From positions 620,001 through 684,000 of the forward strand of contig JBLDXI010000007.1 in NCBI GenBank assembly GCA_047495785.1: a stretch of DNA of 64,000 bases, written 5' to 3'. This document shows, one piece after another, positions 25,767-37,071 of the stretch. Position numbers and translations under genes: made by a program. The stretch comes from Lepidodermella squamata. Lineage: Eukaryota > Animalia > Gastrotricha. The notes under the pieces were generated by a model. The model searched no databases. It worked only from the letters and a program-made list of their open reading frames with translations, and was not told the origin of the DNA. Every line of letters starts with the position of its first letter. Positions within the stretch are counted from its first letter, which is position 1.

Positions 25767-26336
25767 TCATCGCATGATCCGATCGTTCGGGAACCACCAG
25801 GGTTGGATCGGGCCATTGTTAGCACGCAAACGAGGAGATTCAGTCGTGCGGTGAAAGTAATGTGCCGGTAGCTTGTTGACAACGACAGGAGCCGACAAAT
25901 GAGTAAAACCTGGTAACAAACAAAGTTATTGCATTTTCGAATTTTAATGTATATCAAATTACAAACCTGGTAATCTTCTACACAAAAAGCGGCATGTTGA
26001 GAAACAGCAAATGGATGTATCACTGCAGCTTACGATGCGGAAAGAGTTCGTCATGCAATCGCGATGACGACAAAGCTCGAGAACCCAATTCGGGGCCGTT
26101 TCTTTGGCTCTGTTCGCATCTGAGGCTTCACCCGCGTTATCAGGCGTGCTACGGCGAGATCTTCCTTTTCCGTGTCCGTACTCGATTGTTAAGGCTGTAA
26201 TGTTGCAATTCAAATTCAACATGCTCGCCTGGCTTTCCTTGTTCCAAAGAAAACCCATCGTTGATGCAGGAATTGGCATTGTCAGTAGAAGGATCGCAAT
26301 ACTCAATAGCAAAAAGGTCATGATAATTGACACCAT
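25767..26336 (-). CDS. Secreted protein with 8-Cys WAP-like domain and furin site (exons 26336-25967, 25909-25767)
   Basis: Signal peptide MVSIIMTFLLLSIAILLL; RSRR; LC...DC...RIVSC...ICCFSTCRFLC; in-phase 57-nt intron. Confidence 0.7.
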
Positions 26337-26424
26337 AATGATGAAATGATACGCATATGAATAAATCTATGAATTGAGAACTCTGAAATATATATTGTTT
26401 AAAGTATACTTCCGTAAAGCACTT

Positions 26425-27018
26425 TCACTTGGCAACAATAACTTTCTCTCCAAGCTTATCTGACAAGCGCACAATATTATCAGAATTGGATGAAAACTTT
26501 GAATTGACAACCCCAACAATGTGCTGAATGTATTCATCGCTGACCAGCAACTTCCCATTCAAAGTGAGCGGAATCTCCAAAAACAAGGTGCTGCGAATAG
26601 CTAAAATTATGTTTCCGCTTTTTGAGATGGTGAGACCCGAGTTTTTAAATCCCGCCTCCAACGCAGCAGTATGCAATAACCGAGCCCTTTTAAGCGTTTC
26701 GCAGGAAACATGAAGAATGAAGGGTTCGAAACGAATAGATGCATCTCCCACCGATTTAGATAACGCTGATTTGACGCAGTCGAAGTCAACCTTTTCATGG
26801 GACACGAGCAGCCAATTACATGAGTGACGTTCGGTAGAGTCTTTATCACTCCACTCATAAATTACTATTCGTCCAGAGCACGAACTGGTCGTGCAATAAA
26901 ATGGAGACGAATTTAAGACATCAACGATTGGCAATGCCTCTTTATCGATAGAACCCTTTCGGCTAAGGTCACACCCAGCTAGTTGAGTTAGCTTCTTTGA
27001 CACAAAAGAGGACGTCAT
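26425..27018 (-). CDS. TYW3: tRNA wybutosine-synthesizing protein 3
   Basis: DLSRKGSID, YCTTSSCSGRI, WLLVSH, FEPFILHV, AGFKNSG and AIRST.LEIPL motifs. Confidence 0.95.
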   Translation of the reverse strand: MTSSFVSKKLTQLAGCDLSRKGSIDKEALPIVDVLNSSPFYCTTSSCSGRIVIYEWSDKDSTERHSCNWLLVSHEKVDFDCVKSALSKSVGDASIRFEPFILHVSCETLKRARLLHTAALEAGFKNSGLTISKSGNIILAIRSTLFLEIPLTLNGKLLVSDEYIQHIVGVVNSKFSSNSDNIVRLSDKLGEKVIVAK

Positions 27019-27356
27019 ATGTTGTAACAACTAAATAAAAAAACTGCAATATGCAATAATGTTATGTCAACGCAACAGGTAAAGACAAATAAAAGGTTAG
27101 GCAAATTAAGGGATGTAAATGTATTCAGCGATTGTAGGTTTCAAATGAAGAGACTCTTCATTTGAGAGAGAGTAGCTAGGAAATCACAACGTTTAGGGAG
27201 AATAATTTTCCTTATGGTATTGGCTGATTCGCCTTGGTTGCGAATAACATCAAGAGGCGCGGCTAGGCTACAAACACAATCCACACGAACAATTGCCGTT
27301 ACCATGGCCCATGGCGGAGAAACCTGATGTGAACCGGATTGATAAATGGATGAGTG

Positions 27357-28015
27357 GTATTTCGTGATCCGAGAGCTACTCTAAGAGTAGCCTTCTCCGA
27401 AAGTAGCCTACTCCCGGTGTAGAAGGCCTTTAGAAGGAATTTACTCTGAGAGTGGCTACTTCTAGAGCAGCTGCTCTCAGAGTAGGTGCTTTTTAAAGAG
27501 CTACTCTTAGAGTAACCTTCGACAAACTCAACAAGTTTTTACAATTTTAGATAACAAAACTTCGACACTAAGCTTTTTAATTCGCATTTTCTATCTAAAT
27601 TCTATTCCTCTAAGACTATTGGGCGCGGGGAAAAGTCGAGTTTGTATTTTTAATTATAATCAAATTCTTATGAACAATAAAACCATAGGTAAATTCATCG
27701 TTTGCCTGTCAATACAAATACTTAATTGGCAATGGACCCATCACAGGGCACTTTAAAAAATAAGAGCCAAAGGACAGCCTACATCCAACATTGTCTGCAA
27801 CATCCAATGTCATGCACTTCATCGAATTGTTGAACGTCGCCGGTAGCCCCTGTAGCAGTGACTCCTCTGAGAGTAGCTTCCCAGTTAAAACTACCTCTGA
27901 GAGCATCTACTCTTAGAGTAGCTACTCCGAGAGTAAAACTGTATTTCTCTGAGAGCAGTTCCTATAAATAATACCTACTCCCGACTCCGAGAGTAGCTCT
28001 CGGATCACGAAATAC
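27357..28015. mobile_element. Non-autonomous TIR element (~660 bp) with palindromic subterminal repeats
   Basis: A perfect 26-bp TIR, GTATTTCGTGATCCGAGAGCTACTCT, lies at 27357-27382 and 27990-28015. Many CTACTCTnAGAGTAG variants are clustered at both ends. No clear TSD. Confidence 0.8.
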
Positions 28016-28085
28016 GAGGCGGCGCGATAAATGCGTGCACACCCAACAAATCAGAACAGTTGATATTTCAGCAATAAAAGGAAGG

Positions 28086-30100
28086 ATCATCATCATCATT
28101 TTATTGTTTTCCTTCTGATTGCACCATTTTTTTTTTTTAATTTTATAAAAGAATAACAGTATTTAGGAATGGATTTATAAATGGGCAAAAAGAGGATCGA
28201 GCGCAGAAGTAAGGCGACCGTACACAGCATATAAGAATGTTTATATAGGATGATACGCGCAGGGCACGCATACATTAGATAAGGTGATTAAAATAATAAT
28301 AAGTTTTATTTAACTAAGGCCAGATTTGTAAGGACAGGCCATTCTTCCAATATAAATTTTTTGCATGAGTTCACAAAAGGATTTATCGAAGTAATGTTAG
28401 TGATAGAGGCAGGTAGAAGGTTCCAGAGTTTGGCTGTTCTAATAGCAAAGCTAAAGCCCCTAGGGCAAAGTGAATGTTGAGGAATTGTTAATTTGTTATT
28501 AGAATGATGTCGAGTAGTAGAGAGATTAGGTTTGAGAAAGAAAGTATCGAATTCTAGAGGATGAGACATATTATTAATTATTTTGAACGCCATCGTAAGG
28601 TCGCGAATTAACCATCTTTGGTTTAAGGATAGTAATTCAAACTTAGCCAGCCTCTGGATATAGTCGAGGGGAGCCATAGGGGGAGATATAAATCTAGATG
28701 TGAAGTTTTTTAAGCACTTTTCTAAAAGATTACGATGCTTGATTAAATAAGGCTGCCAGACGCATGAGGCATATAGTAGGTTGGGTAAGACATAAGAATT
28801 GAAAGCACGAATTAGAACTGAGTGATTTCTGGTGGAAAAAGAGTTCAGGATCAAACCACAAAGGCGACGGCTTTTAGCGTATAGTTGGTTGCAGTGAGAC
28901 GAGAAGGTCAACCTGCTATCTATGATGACGCCAAGATCGCTAGTTTCTGTCACCGAGTTGATAATGTGAGAACCGAGTAGATAGTTATGGAGTAAGTTCT
29001 TAGATCCAAGACGAAGAATGAAACATTTTTTAAGATTAACTGATAGTTGGTGGGAAGTGAAAAAAGAATAGATAGAGTTAATATCCTGCTGTATATCAGC
29101 CGGATTTGTACCCAATTTGGGGTAAATTTTAACATCGTCAGCAAATAATCGAATAATGCAAGATTTCACACAGGATGGCAAGTCATTAATGAAGAGAAGG
29201 AATAAGATTGGGCCCAGCACGCTTCCTTGGGGCACACCGGAAGTGACTGGAGACCACTGACAATGAGCATTGTTAATAACGACGCGTTGAGAACGACCAA
29301 GTAAAAAATTAGATATCCAGTCAAGTAGGCGACCAGAAATGTTGTAGTGTTCTAGTTTATTTATTAGTTTTATGTGAGAGACGGAATCGAAGGCCTTTTT
29401 AAGGTCAAAGTAAATGCAGTCAACGGGGATGCCCCTGTCAAGTCTAGACGACCACTCGTTGATATTCTCGAGTAGCTGCATTTCGGCACTGCGGCCTGAT
29501 AGGAACCCAAACTGTTCGGGAGATAGAATATTATTTTTAGTGAGATGAGATACCATTTCAATCCGAATACAAGACTCCATAACTTTACATGGTATACTGG
29601 TTAGGCTAATGGGCCGATAGTTTTCGGTTGAAGAGGGGGAGCCACTGTTTTTAAAAATAGGTACAACGTTAGCTAATTTCCAACAGGCTGGAAGTACACC
29701 GGATTCGAAACTTCTAGAAAAAATTAACGAAAGAGGAAATGCGAGAGAATCGGATAACTTCTTTAATATTGTGGGGTGGACACCGTCAGGCCCCATAGAA
29801 GAATTTGCGTCGAGATTACGTAATAAAGATTCAATAGTTCTAACAGGAAAAGATACTCTAGACAATTCAGAAGAAGGCGTTTTGGCCAATGATGGAATAG
29901 GAATACCATTATCTACAGTGAAAACGGATGAAAAGAACGAGTTGAACAATGTACATTTGCTGCTGTCGTCAGTAACAGTAGCACCATTTTGGTCTTTGAG
30001 AGATGGAATAGAAGGTTTAGATTTCAATCTAGTATTAGCATAGTTGAAGAAAGTTTTCATTTTACCAGTGTTTATAATGAAGTTTTCATAATCCGCTCTA
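28086..30100 (-). mobile_element. 5'-truncated CR1/L2/Jockey-group non-LTR retrotransposon with intact RT ORF (28306-30060)
   Basis: [44 protein letters not shown] and DLGVIIDSRLTF motifs. The 3' end on the minus strand is AATAAA followed by an (ATG)n tail. No endonuclease domain. Confidence 0.93.
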
Positions 30101-30105
30101 AGGTT

Positions 30106-30150
30106 ATCATTAAGAGCCTAATCATTAAGAGCCTTATCATTAAGAGCCTA
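30106..30150 (+). repeat. 3 x 15-bp tandem repeat ATCATTAAGAGCCT(A/T) at the LINE 5' junction
   Basis: Directly visible in the sequence. Confidence 0.85.
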
Positions 30151-32330
30151 AGTAAATTTCTTTTAAGCGAGCAGCGAGAGAGGCAGATTTCTCTCTCACA
30201 AATGGGACATTGCAAATTTCGAATTTCTGTTCGAAAATGGCCCTCCAAGCGACTTTGTCACTTTTAAAAAATGACAAGTTTCGCGGTTAATCAAAAGGTC
30301 AAGGTCATAACAAAATAAGGACAATTTTAATAAAAAAATAGTCATTAAAAATTATTCAATCAATTATACTTATCTTGGGCTAAATCTTTCTCTGTGTGCG
30401 ATGTCACGCCTTTTTGGCTTTTGATTTTTGATCAACCTGATAGTGAACCATGTCGATTCGAAAATAACTTACCGTAACGCCAGCTCTTGAACGAGAAACC
30501 TTGGTGGTTAATGATAGAATATCTGTTTGCCGGTGAAAATATCAAAGATGAAAAATTTCTTTGTGAATTACCATGGCCCGACTGGGCTTGTTTTTGACGA
30601 TGCCTTTGTCGGCTGGCATCCCACTTTCCATGCTAACATGTAAGCCATAACTTCGCCAATCCATAGCGCCAATAGCTGGTGTGCCAAGCTTGTGTGAAGT
30701 GGTTTGTCGTAGACAGAGTACATAATCCCCGATATGTCCGATTGTGCCATGGCTCATGTTAGGCATTACCCAACATCTTAATCTTCGCCAATCCAATTGA
30801 ATGCGACAACTTCGTAGTGATCAGAAATGGAGACGGGAAGTCTTTCGCCATAGAAATAAGGTTAGGCAATCTGGTTATTCACTTGGAGCTTACCGCAACC
30901 AACTTAGGAATTCAAATTGAGCCAAGCACTTGTACTGATTGAAGCGCTGAAGAGCTTTACTTTTTGCTTGTTCTCGCATCTATAGATCTATATCATCGCT
31001 TTCTAAGAGAGATCGGCAAAAATGATCTCTTCGCCTCTAGTGAAAAGTCTTGATAATGGGGAAAATGTTAAAAATTTAGACTTACTTGACGCTAGAACAC
31101 GATGCAAAATTGACAAGCACGCCCCACGCATACGAAAATTATGTTATTTTTGATTTTTCACGTTGAAAACATGATCGCTAATGGTGAAGTATATTGGAAT
31201 ATATAATGGAACTCTAATGGATGCTGCTTGTAATGCGCGTGACTAATGAGGGCGGACTGGGACAATTTTTAATATAGCACTGCGCAAAAAGGGCAAATCC
31301 TTCGCCCTCGATTTTAGCATTTTGTAAGCGATATACCTAGATAATTATGGTTTATCTGGATATATCTGGAATCCGCATGTAGATTTAGAGTAAAATTTAC
31401 AACATATTCACCGTGAAAAATTATAATTTCGATTTGCAGCGGGACCGGTGTATGTGCGCAGTGTACGCAAGATTTCGGTTACCTCACGTACCATTCTTCT
31501 GAATGCCATAGGCGGACTTCAAAAAGGTTACCATCTCGTTATTGCGCATGTCATAATATTTTTAATGCACTAGTTTAATTCCCGCGGTCACAAGTAACAC
31601 TAAGAGGTAAATCGCCTGACTGATGAAATTAATAGCTCAGCATTAATTAACATTGACATTTCCCATTGAAAATATGTTTTTCCGATCGGTTCCAGCACGC
31701 TATCCACTTGAAGGTATCAGAAAAAATGCCACATTGTTAAGCTTCTCCGCCGATTTCGACATCTGTCATGTTCCCCTGCCCAGTATTGTGGATTAAAAAT
31801 AGCTTCATAATTTGCACGGATCCTACATTTCACAGCCACCGAATGAGGTCAAAGGAACAAAAAAGCAGGGCGGCATTGTGTACGGGTTAGAGTAGCGTGT
31901 TAGGGACAGGGATTGTGGGAAATTCAATAAACAGAATAAACGTGAAACAGAAATTCGTTGCAGGAGCAAATCTTTTAGAATTCCAAGCAATAAATTTTGG
32001 ACAATGTGACGCCCTTCCTCGAGTCTCGACCAGTTTGTGCAGTCAGGTCTTGTGGCGAAGTTCCGGTGACGTAGTATTCTTAATCCTGAGCCCAGATTAT
32101 GGGGAAAGTTGCAATCGCTTGCAAATTCCGCGGGTCATTAACTCCACTTCCGCTGTGCTCATTGAAATCATAAGGTTTCTAGCCCTCAAATGCGTCAACT
32201 TCCTGTTCGGGGGAAATTACAGGACAGTTACGACAAAGAACAATAACAAACATGAATCATTACTGGTTTACTGATTGAATGTTTAAACATAATTCAAAAA
32301 CATCACGAAGAAAAACACGAAGTTTGGATT

Positions 32331-33375
32331 TCAGGTTGATTTTTGTCTAAGAATCGCAACATCAGTGGTGACTTTAATAATAGACGATAAAGAATCAGTC
32401 ATCTTTGCGGCAAGTTCTTTCGCTTCCGTGGAGACTTTTCGGTCTCGAACTTGTTCAAGGCTCGCAAGGTCATTCATCGCAACAGCGATGAGGCTGGAAA
32501 AATTGCGTAAAAACGGAGTCATTGGTGAGCTAACGATAGATTGCTGTGCAGTTGACATCGATGAAGATGGTTTAACCCTTTCGGAGACAGTAGGCAAGCT
32601 AGATGACAGACCCGGTGGTGGCAGACGGGCTTGGGAGGGTGAAATAGCTGCAACCGGCCGGGGAGTGGGAGTTCGAGTAGATGGAGCCGTAGGAGGGTCT
32701 GGTCGTTTGTCAGGCTTGGCCACTGGAGCAGGCTTCTTGAACACAGTGTTTGTCGGCTGTGGTGTTGTAGTTTGTCTCGGTCGACTGTTGGGGTCTGGCT
32801 GATTTCGCAAGCTCTTCTTTCCGCTGCTTTGAGCAGGTGACGCAGCAGATCGAGAAGTACTAGGGGAATCTAAAGCTGGCTTCTTCGACGGCGGTGGGCT
32901 ATCTTCATCGACGATTTCAATTGGCTCCTGCTTGATCACCTCGTCTAAACCCTTGCTGCCTCTATGTTGGCCAGCTCGAACACTGATTAGCATTGAAATT
33001 TGACACTTATCAATGAAAATTATATAATTAAAAAGCATACCGGTAAGCAATATGGCAGCGAAGAGCGTATTCGCTCTCGAAGGTCTGATCGCATTCTTGG
33101 CAATCGAACTTACGCCCAGGCGATTTGCGAACGGATTGCATGTGACCTGTTCGCTTTTTATGCAAAGTAAATGTCGCCTCTTGGGAGAAGCCTCTATCGC
33201 AATCACTGCATACGAACGGTGTTGCGAACGCAGAGGCGTCGTAAACATCAGGCTTTTTACCCGCAGTTGTTCGAGTGGGCCGATTTGCGCGACTCGCTGA
33301 GGAGTAATTCGAGCAAGCATCGTCCTCTTCCAATTTACAAGCTTCGGACGCTGCGCGCGTGTTTCTCTTATTCAT
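32331..33375 (-). CDS. Two-C2H2-finger protein with novel C-terminal helical domain (exons 33375-33041, 32982-32331)
   Basis: FVCSDCDRGFSQEATFTLHKKRTGH and FDCQECDQTFESEYALRCH fingers; in-phase 58-nt intron; C-terminus PFLRNFSSLIAVAMNDL...IIKVTTDVAILRQKS. Confidence 0.8.
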
Positions 33376-33477
33376 TCTCAATTGTTTAATTCCTAATGAA
33401 ATATGAATTGTGATCAAAAATTAGGAAAATTTTCGCGTAAAATTTTAATTGAGCGCAATATAAATCAGCGATTTTCC

Positions 33478-33922
33478 CTAGGAATTTTCTAATCTCAGGG
33501 CAGAAACTGAGGTAGTAGCTTCCACGATGGTTTCAAAATGCTTCATCAATTCCATTTTTAAACAAAGCGCTTCAGCAACGACCTCAGGATCACGATGACG
33601 CTCGAGCTGACTAATTGTAGCTAGGGCGACAGACACCAAAGTCGGAATCGCATCGACCATCGGCTTGATTATTACTGAAGAGGTCGATGTCATGGCTGGC
33701 GTAGTAGTCGCTCGCGGCGCCGATGTTCGCATAGAGGCTGAATTCCGGGTAGAAGTCCGTATAGAGCGATTGTTTGACTTCCTTCGAACGAGGCTTTCGT
33801 CTGTAGAGACGAACAAAAAAGGTAATTTACATCTGAATTTAGTTCCGGTGAATTTGCAAACCTAAACGCTTAACCATCACGACCGGTCTCAAAACGTGCA
33901 GCTTAACATCGAAGTGAGACAT
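33478..33922 (-). CDS. Finger-less short paralog carrying only the novel C-terminal domain (exons 33922-33862, 33800-33478)
   Basis: MSHFDVKLHVLRPVVMVKRL|DESL... across an in-phase 61-nt intron. The C-terminus PMVDAIPTLVSVALATISQLERHRDPEV..IVEATTSVSALR aligns with both neighbours. Confidence 0.7.
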
Positions 33923-34652
33923 TGTTAATTATGATAATGAAAGCCCCTAAAATATTTTACCGAAAGTAAAAAACTTTAATTATAATGCTAACAATAAAAA
34001 TGTTTGTTGGCTTACTATGCATGCAATTTTAAAAGCTTAGGAATAATGCGGGCATTTTATGTTGAATGTAGATGAAAGTTTTCATGTAGCTAATGAATAA
34101 TGTTGTGCTATCTCTCGCTCTCTCTCACTCATCAGCACTCGCTAGACGCGGTGTTTCCAGTCGTTGAGTTATTCGCGAGAAATTGCACTCAACTAGAAAG
34201 TTGTAGTGATAATAATCGCCAGAAAACATAGAACATATGCTTCTGACAGGATTTGCTGCGGGCGCGTAGCCTGGAATTCATCACCTTTGTGAAGGTAATA
34301 GTAGCAATCCCTCTCACAATACTAAATCAATGGGCAAATGAAATACAAGCCCCTGAAATAACTACGTCTACTAATACATGGGCTATATTCCGAAAATTGT
34401 AGCCGCTCTAGACTTATTCTGTACAACTGCAATTGCCCTTCTAAAATGGGAGAAGTTCGAATTGGAATTTGGAATAAACCTGGAGTATAAAATCAGACGA
34501 AGGTTTTTGATCTCCAATAAACTCAGAATATGTCATCCGATTTCTTCTGTAGAAGGTGAAGAACATGCTGAAACCAACATCTCCGCTCCGATAATTTCAA
34601 TTGAAATATTTTTAATTGTTTGCTAAAGCGGCAAAAATACAGAAAAGCGATA

Positions 34653-35030
34653 TACTGTAATTTTCGCTGTGCTTTTATTTTCGTGATTAGGGTTTCGGTC
34701 CTGTACTTCAATTTTCGTGGTTTCATTAGGGAAATTCTCAATAAGAATGAGGGTAAATAACCAAAGAAAACCATGTAAATCGATCATTTCCACACAATTC
34801 TACCTTAATTTTCGAATCATTTTAAGTGCTGAAGCCGCCACTGAACTATTCCTAAACCTGTAAAGCTCCCTAAAGCTTCCTAAAAATAAGTAAACACACT
34901 TCTGCTCACTTAATGTGAAAATAGAGCATTAAATTTCGTGGCTTTAATTTTCGTGGTTTTTGCCCTCGATAACGAAAATTTCCGCCATAACGAAAATTAA
35001 GTCGCAACGAAAAATACGTCGTAGACAGTA
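34653..35030. mobile_element. MITE with TACTGT...ACAGTA termini and TA target duplication
   Basis: TA|TACTGTAATTTTCG... ...GTAGACAGTA|TA, with many ATTTTCG/CGAAAAT subterminal motifs. Confidence 0.65.
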
Positions 35031-35568
35031 TATGGCTCAAGCAAACCACAATACTCAACAGAAAATTATCGGATATTTTCTACTGCAATGTGCGCTCTAT
35101 TTTGTGCGAGGCACGGCGCTCGTATTTTGTACGGAAAATTAGGCGATGAAATTATGTTCAGTCTATAAAATCGACCGGTAAGGTCAGCTCTGAATAAAGG
35201 AATACTGTATGAAAGGGGCGCAACGACAACAACAACAGCACTGCTGGCTATTTTCAAATTGCGACTGACCGAACTGATGGGCTATGTACGTAGAATAGAA
35301 ATATATTGGTTAGCATTGAATGTCATGACGTAAATGCAATCTGCCGTCTGCAACATTGCGCAATATTATAGCGCTCAAACTGTATAGCTCGTACCTAGCG
35401 CCTATTCGTAATGACGGCGCGCCTTTAAATTCTATATGCAATACACGGGCTTCATTATTTCAAAAGCAATAATTTATTTAAAAAAGACACCGAATCCGAA
35501 TAAACGTTGGTAATTACAACATTAATTATACTGAAACAATAATATCGCAACATCATTATGTCAATAAA

Positions 35569-36255
35569 CTAGCTGCGCTCCGATTTTTGGCGTAAAATTC
35601 CTATATCAGTTGTGAGGCGAATGATTGTCGCTAGCGATTTTGTAAACTGCGACTGCATTTCGTCGGCCGTAGCTGCGATACCAGCGTCTTCATGACCTCG
35701 CAGTTTCGACAAATCGTTCATAGATATCGCTATGAGCTGCGGAAAATTCCTCAGAAAACTGGTCAGCGTCAACTGCTCAGAGTCGATGATTTTTTCCGTC
35801 AAAGTCGCCCCAGGCACCGCAGTGATATTTTCAACCATAGGAGGGTCGCAATGAGACATGTTTTCTTGGTTACTTGATGCAGCCTCTTGAACTGGCGAAT
35901 CTTCCGCGGCTATCAGTGAAATTTTTGCTCGTTTTTCACGTGCTGTGCTGGGAGTAATTACGACGGGCTCATCTTCCTCGGTCGCGGGGCGTTTTCGCTT
36001 ATCCGGCGAGGCAGAGACTGACGACTTAACGACTACCATCGGTGAACTCTTGCTTCCGTGTGATTTCGCTGATTTGCAAGCCGTATTTTTCGAGAAATGA
36101 ACGCAATAGTCGGCTAAAATGTCGAACAACATGCCGCACGTCTTGCACTGGTATTTCACGTTTTCATCAACCGGCTTCATATGGCCTGTCAACGTTTGAT
36201 GAACCTTGAGATTCTTAAATTTTCCCTTGCAGACAGTGCAACTTTTCAAGCTCAT
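35569..36255 (-). CDS. Two-zinc-finger protein with the same novel C-terminal domain, single coding exon
   Basis: CTVCKGKFKNLKVHQTLTGH and YQCKTCGMLFDILADYCVH fingers; C-terminus SFLRNFPQLIAISMNDLSKL...IIRLTTDIGILRQKS. Confidence 0.8.
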   Translation of the reverse strand: MSLKSCTVCKGKFKNLKVHQTLTGHMKPVDENVKYQCKTCGMLFDILADYCVHFSKNTACKSAKSHGSKSSPMVVVKSSVSASPDKRKRPATEEDEPVVITPSTAREKRAKISLIAAEDSPVQEAASSNQENMSHCDPPMVENITAVPGATLTEKIIDSEQLTLTSFLRNFPQLIAISMNDLSKLRGHEDAGIAATADEMQSQFTKSLATIIRLTTDIGILRQKSERS

Positions 36256-37071
36256 TTTTAATAACGGTTGTAAAGCTATCTAAAAATGGTTAAATTGGAA
36301 ATAAATTTAGGGCGGTGCTGATCTCACGCTGATCATAAACGACGATTAAAAATATAGCTAGTTTAGCTTGAGAGAGGGTAACGTTTTATTCTTGTGGCAG
36401 CAAGAAGTAATGTGAGGCGATTATTATACCTAATGATCACCTATATCCAGTTGCAACTGAAAGTCAGGATTTCTCGCGCTTACCATGCGACGAACGCTGA
36501 TCCGTAAGCTCTCCTAAGCTTAGTTAAGTGGGCGCCATTGTGCGCGCGCGCGCGATAACATATGGCCATTTGAGAGCGCGGCCATAGAATTCCGGGTTAC
36601 CGTTGCGGCGCCATTTTGGCTGACTGTATAACGTAACATTACATGTTGAACGGCTCTGGTTGTTTGAACGCGCATCCCGCTGGCACGCATTTTACGTTAT
36701 TCAATGCTTGTAAGGATTCAACTTACAAGATTCAATGCTGATAGAATAAAATGATGGAATTTATTCAAGAAACCGACCAACGGCACATTTGAACAAGAAG
36801 TTCACCGTCATCTGACAAGAGCCGGTGTGCTAGTTTGGACAAAGGCGGAACTGCAAATTTTAAAATTGCAATTTTCCCAAAATAAAAGAATGACTGGGTC
36901 GTCAAACATAGTTTATTCATTAATAATATCGATTAAATTCCTTGCTATTTTCTCATCTCATGATATCATCACCTAAATCCGGTGTTGTGAAAACATTTTT
37001 CGATAAATTATATTATCACAATAAATTGGTGTGCATAAAATTTAAACATCAATAGGACGACTAAGGTATTT

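Noticed and set aside
27357-28015. Spaced palindromic repeats as a CRISPR-like array
   Set aside because: The context is eukaryotic, spacing is irregular, there are no unique spacers, and the repeats are bounded by TIRs.
30296-30307. AGGTCAAGGTCA nuclear-receptor DR0 site
   Set aside because: An isolated motif next to transposon debris, with no linked promoter evidence.
30542-31100. Short minus-strand ORFs with repeated WIGE
   Set aside because: No recognisable domain or consistent splice structure.
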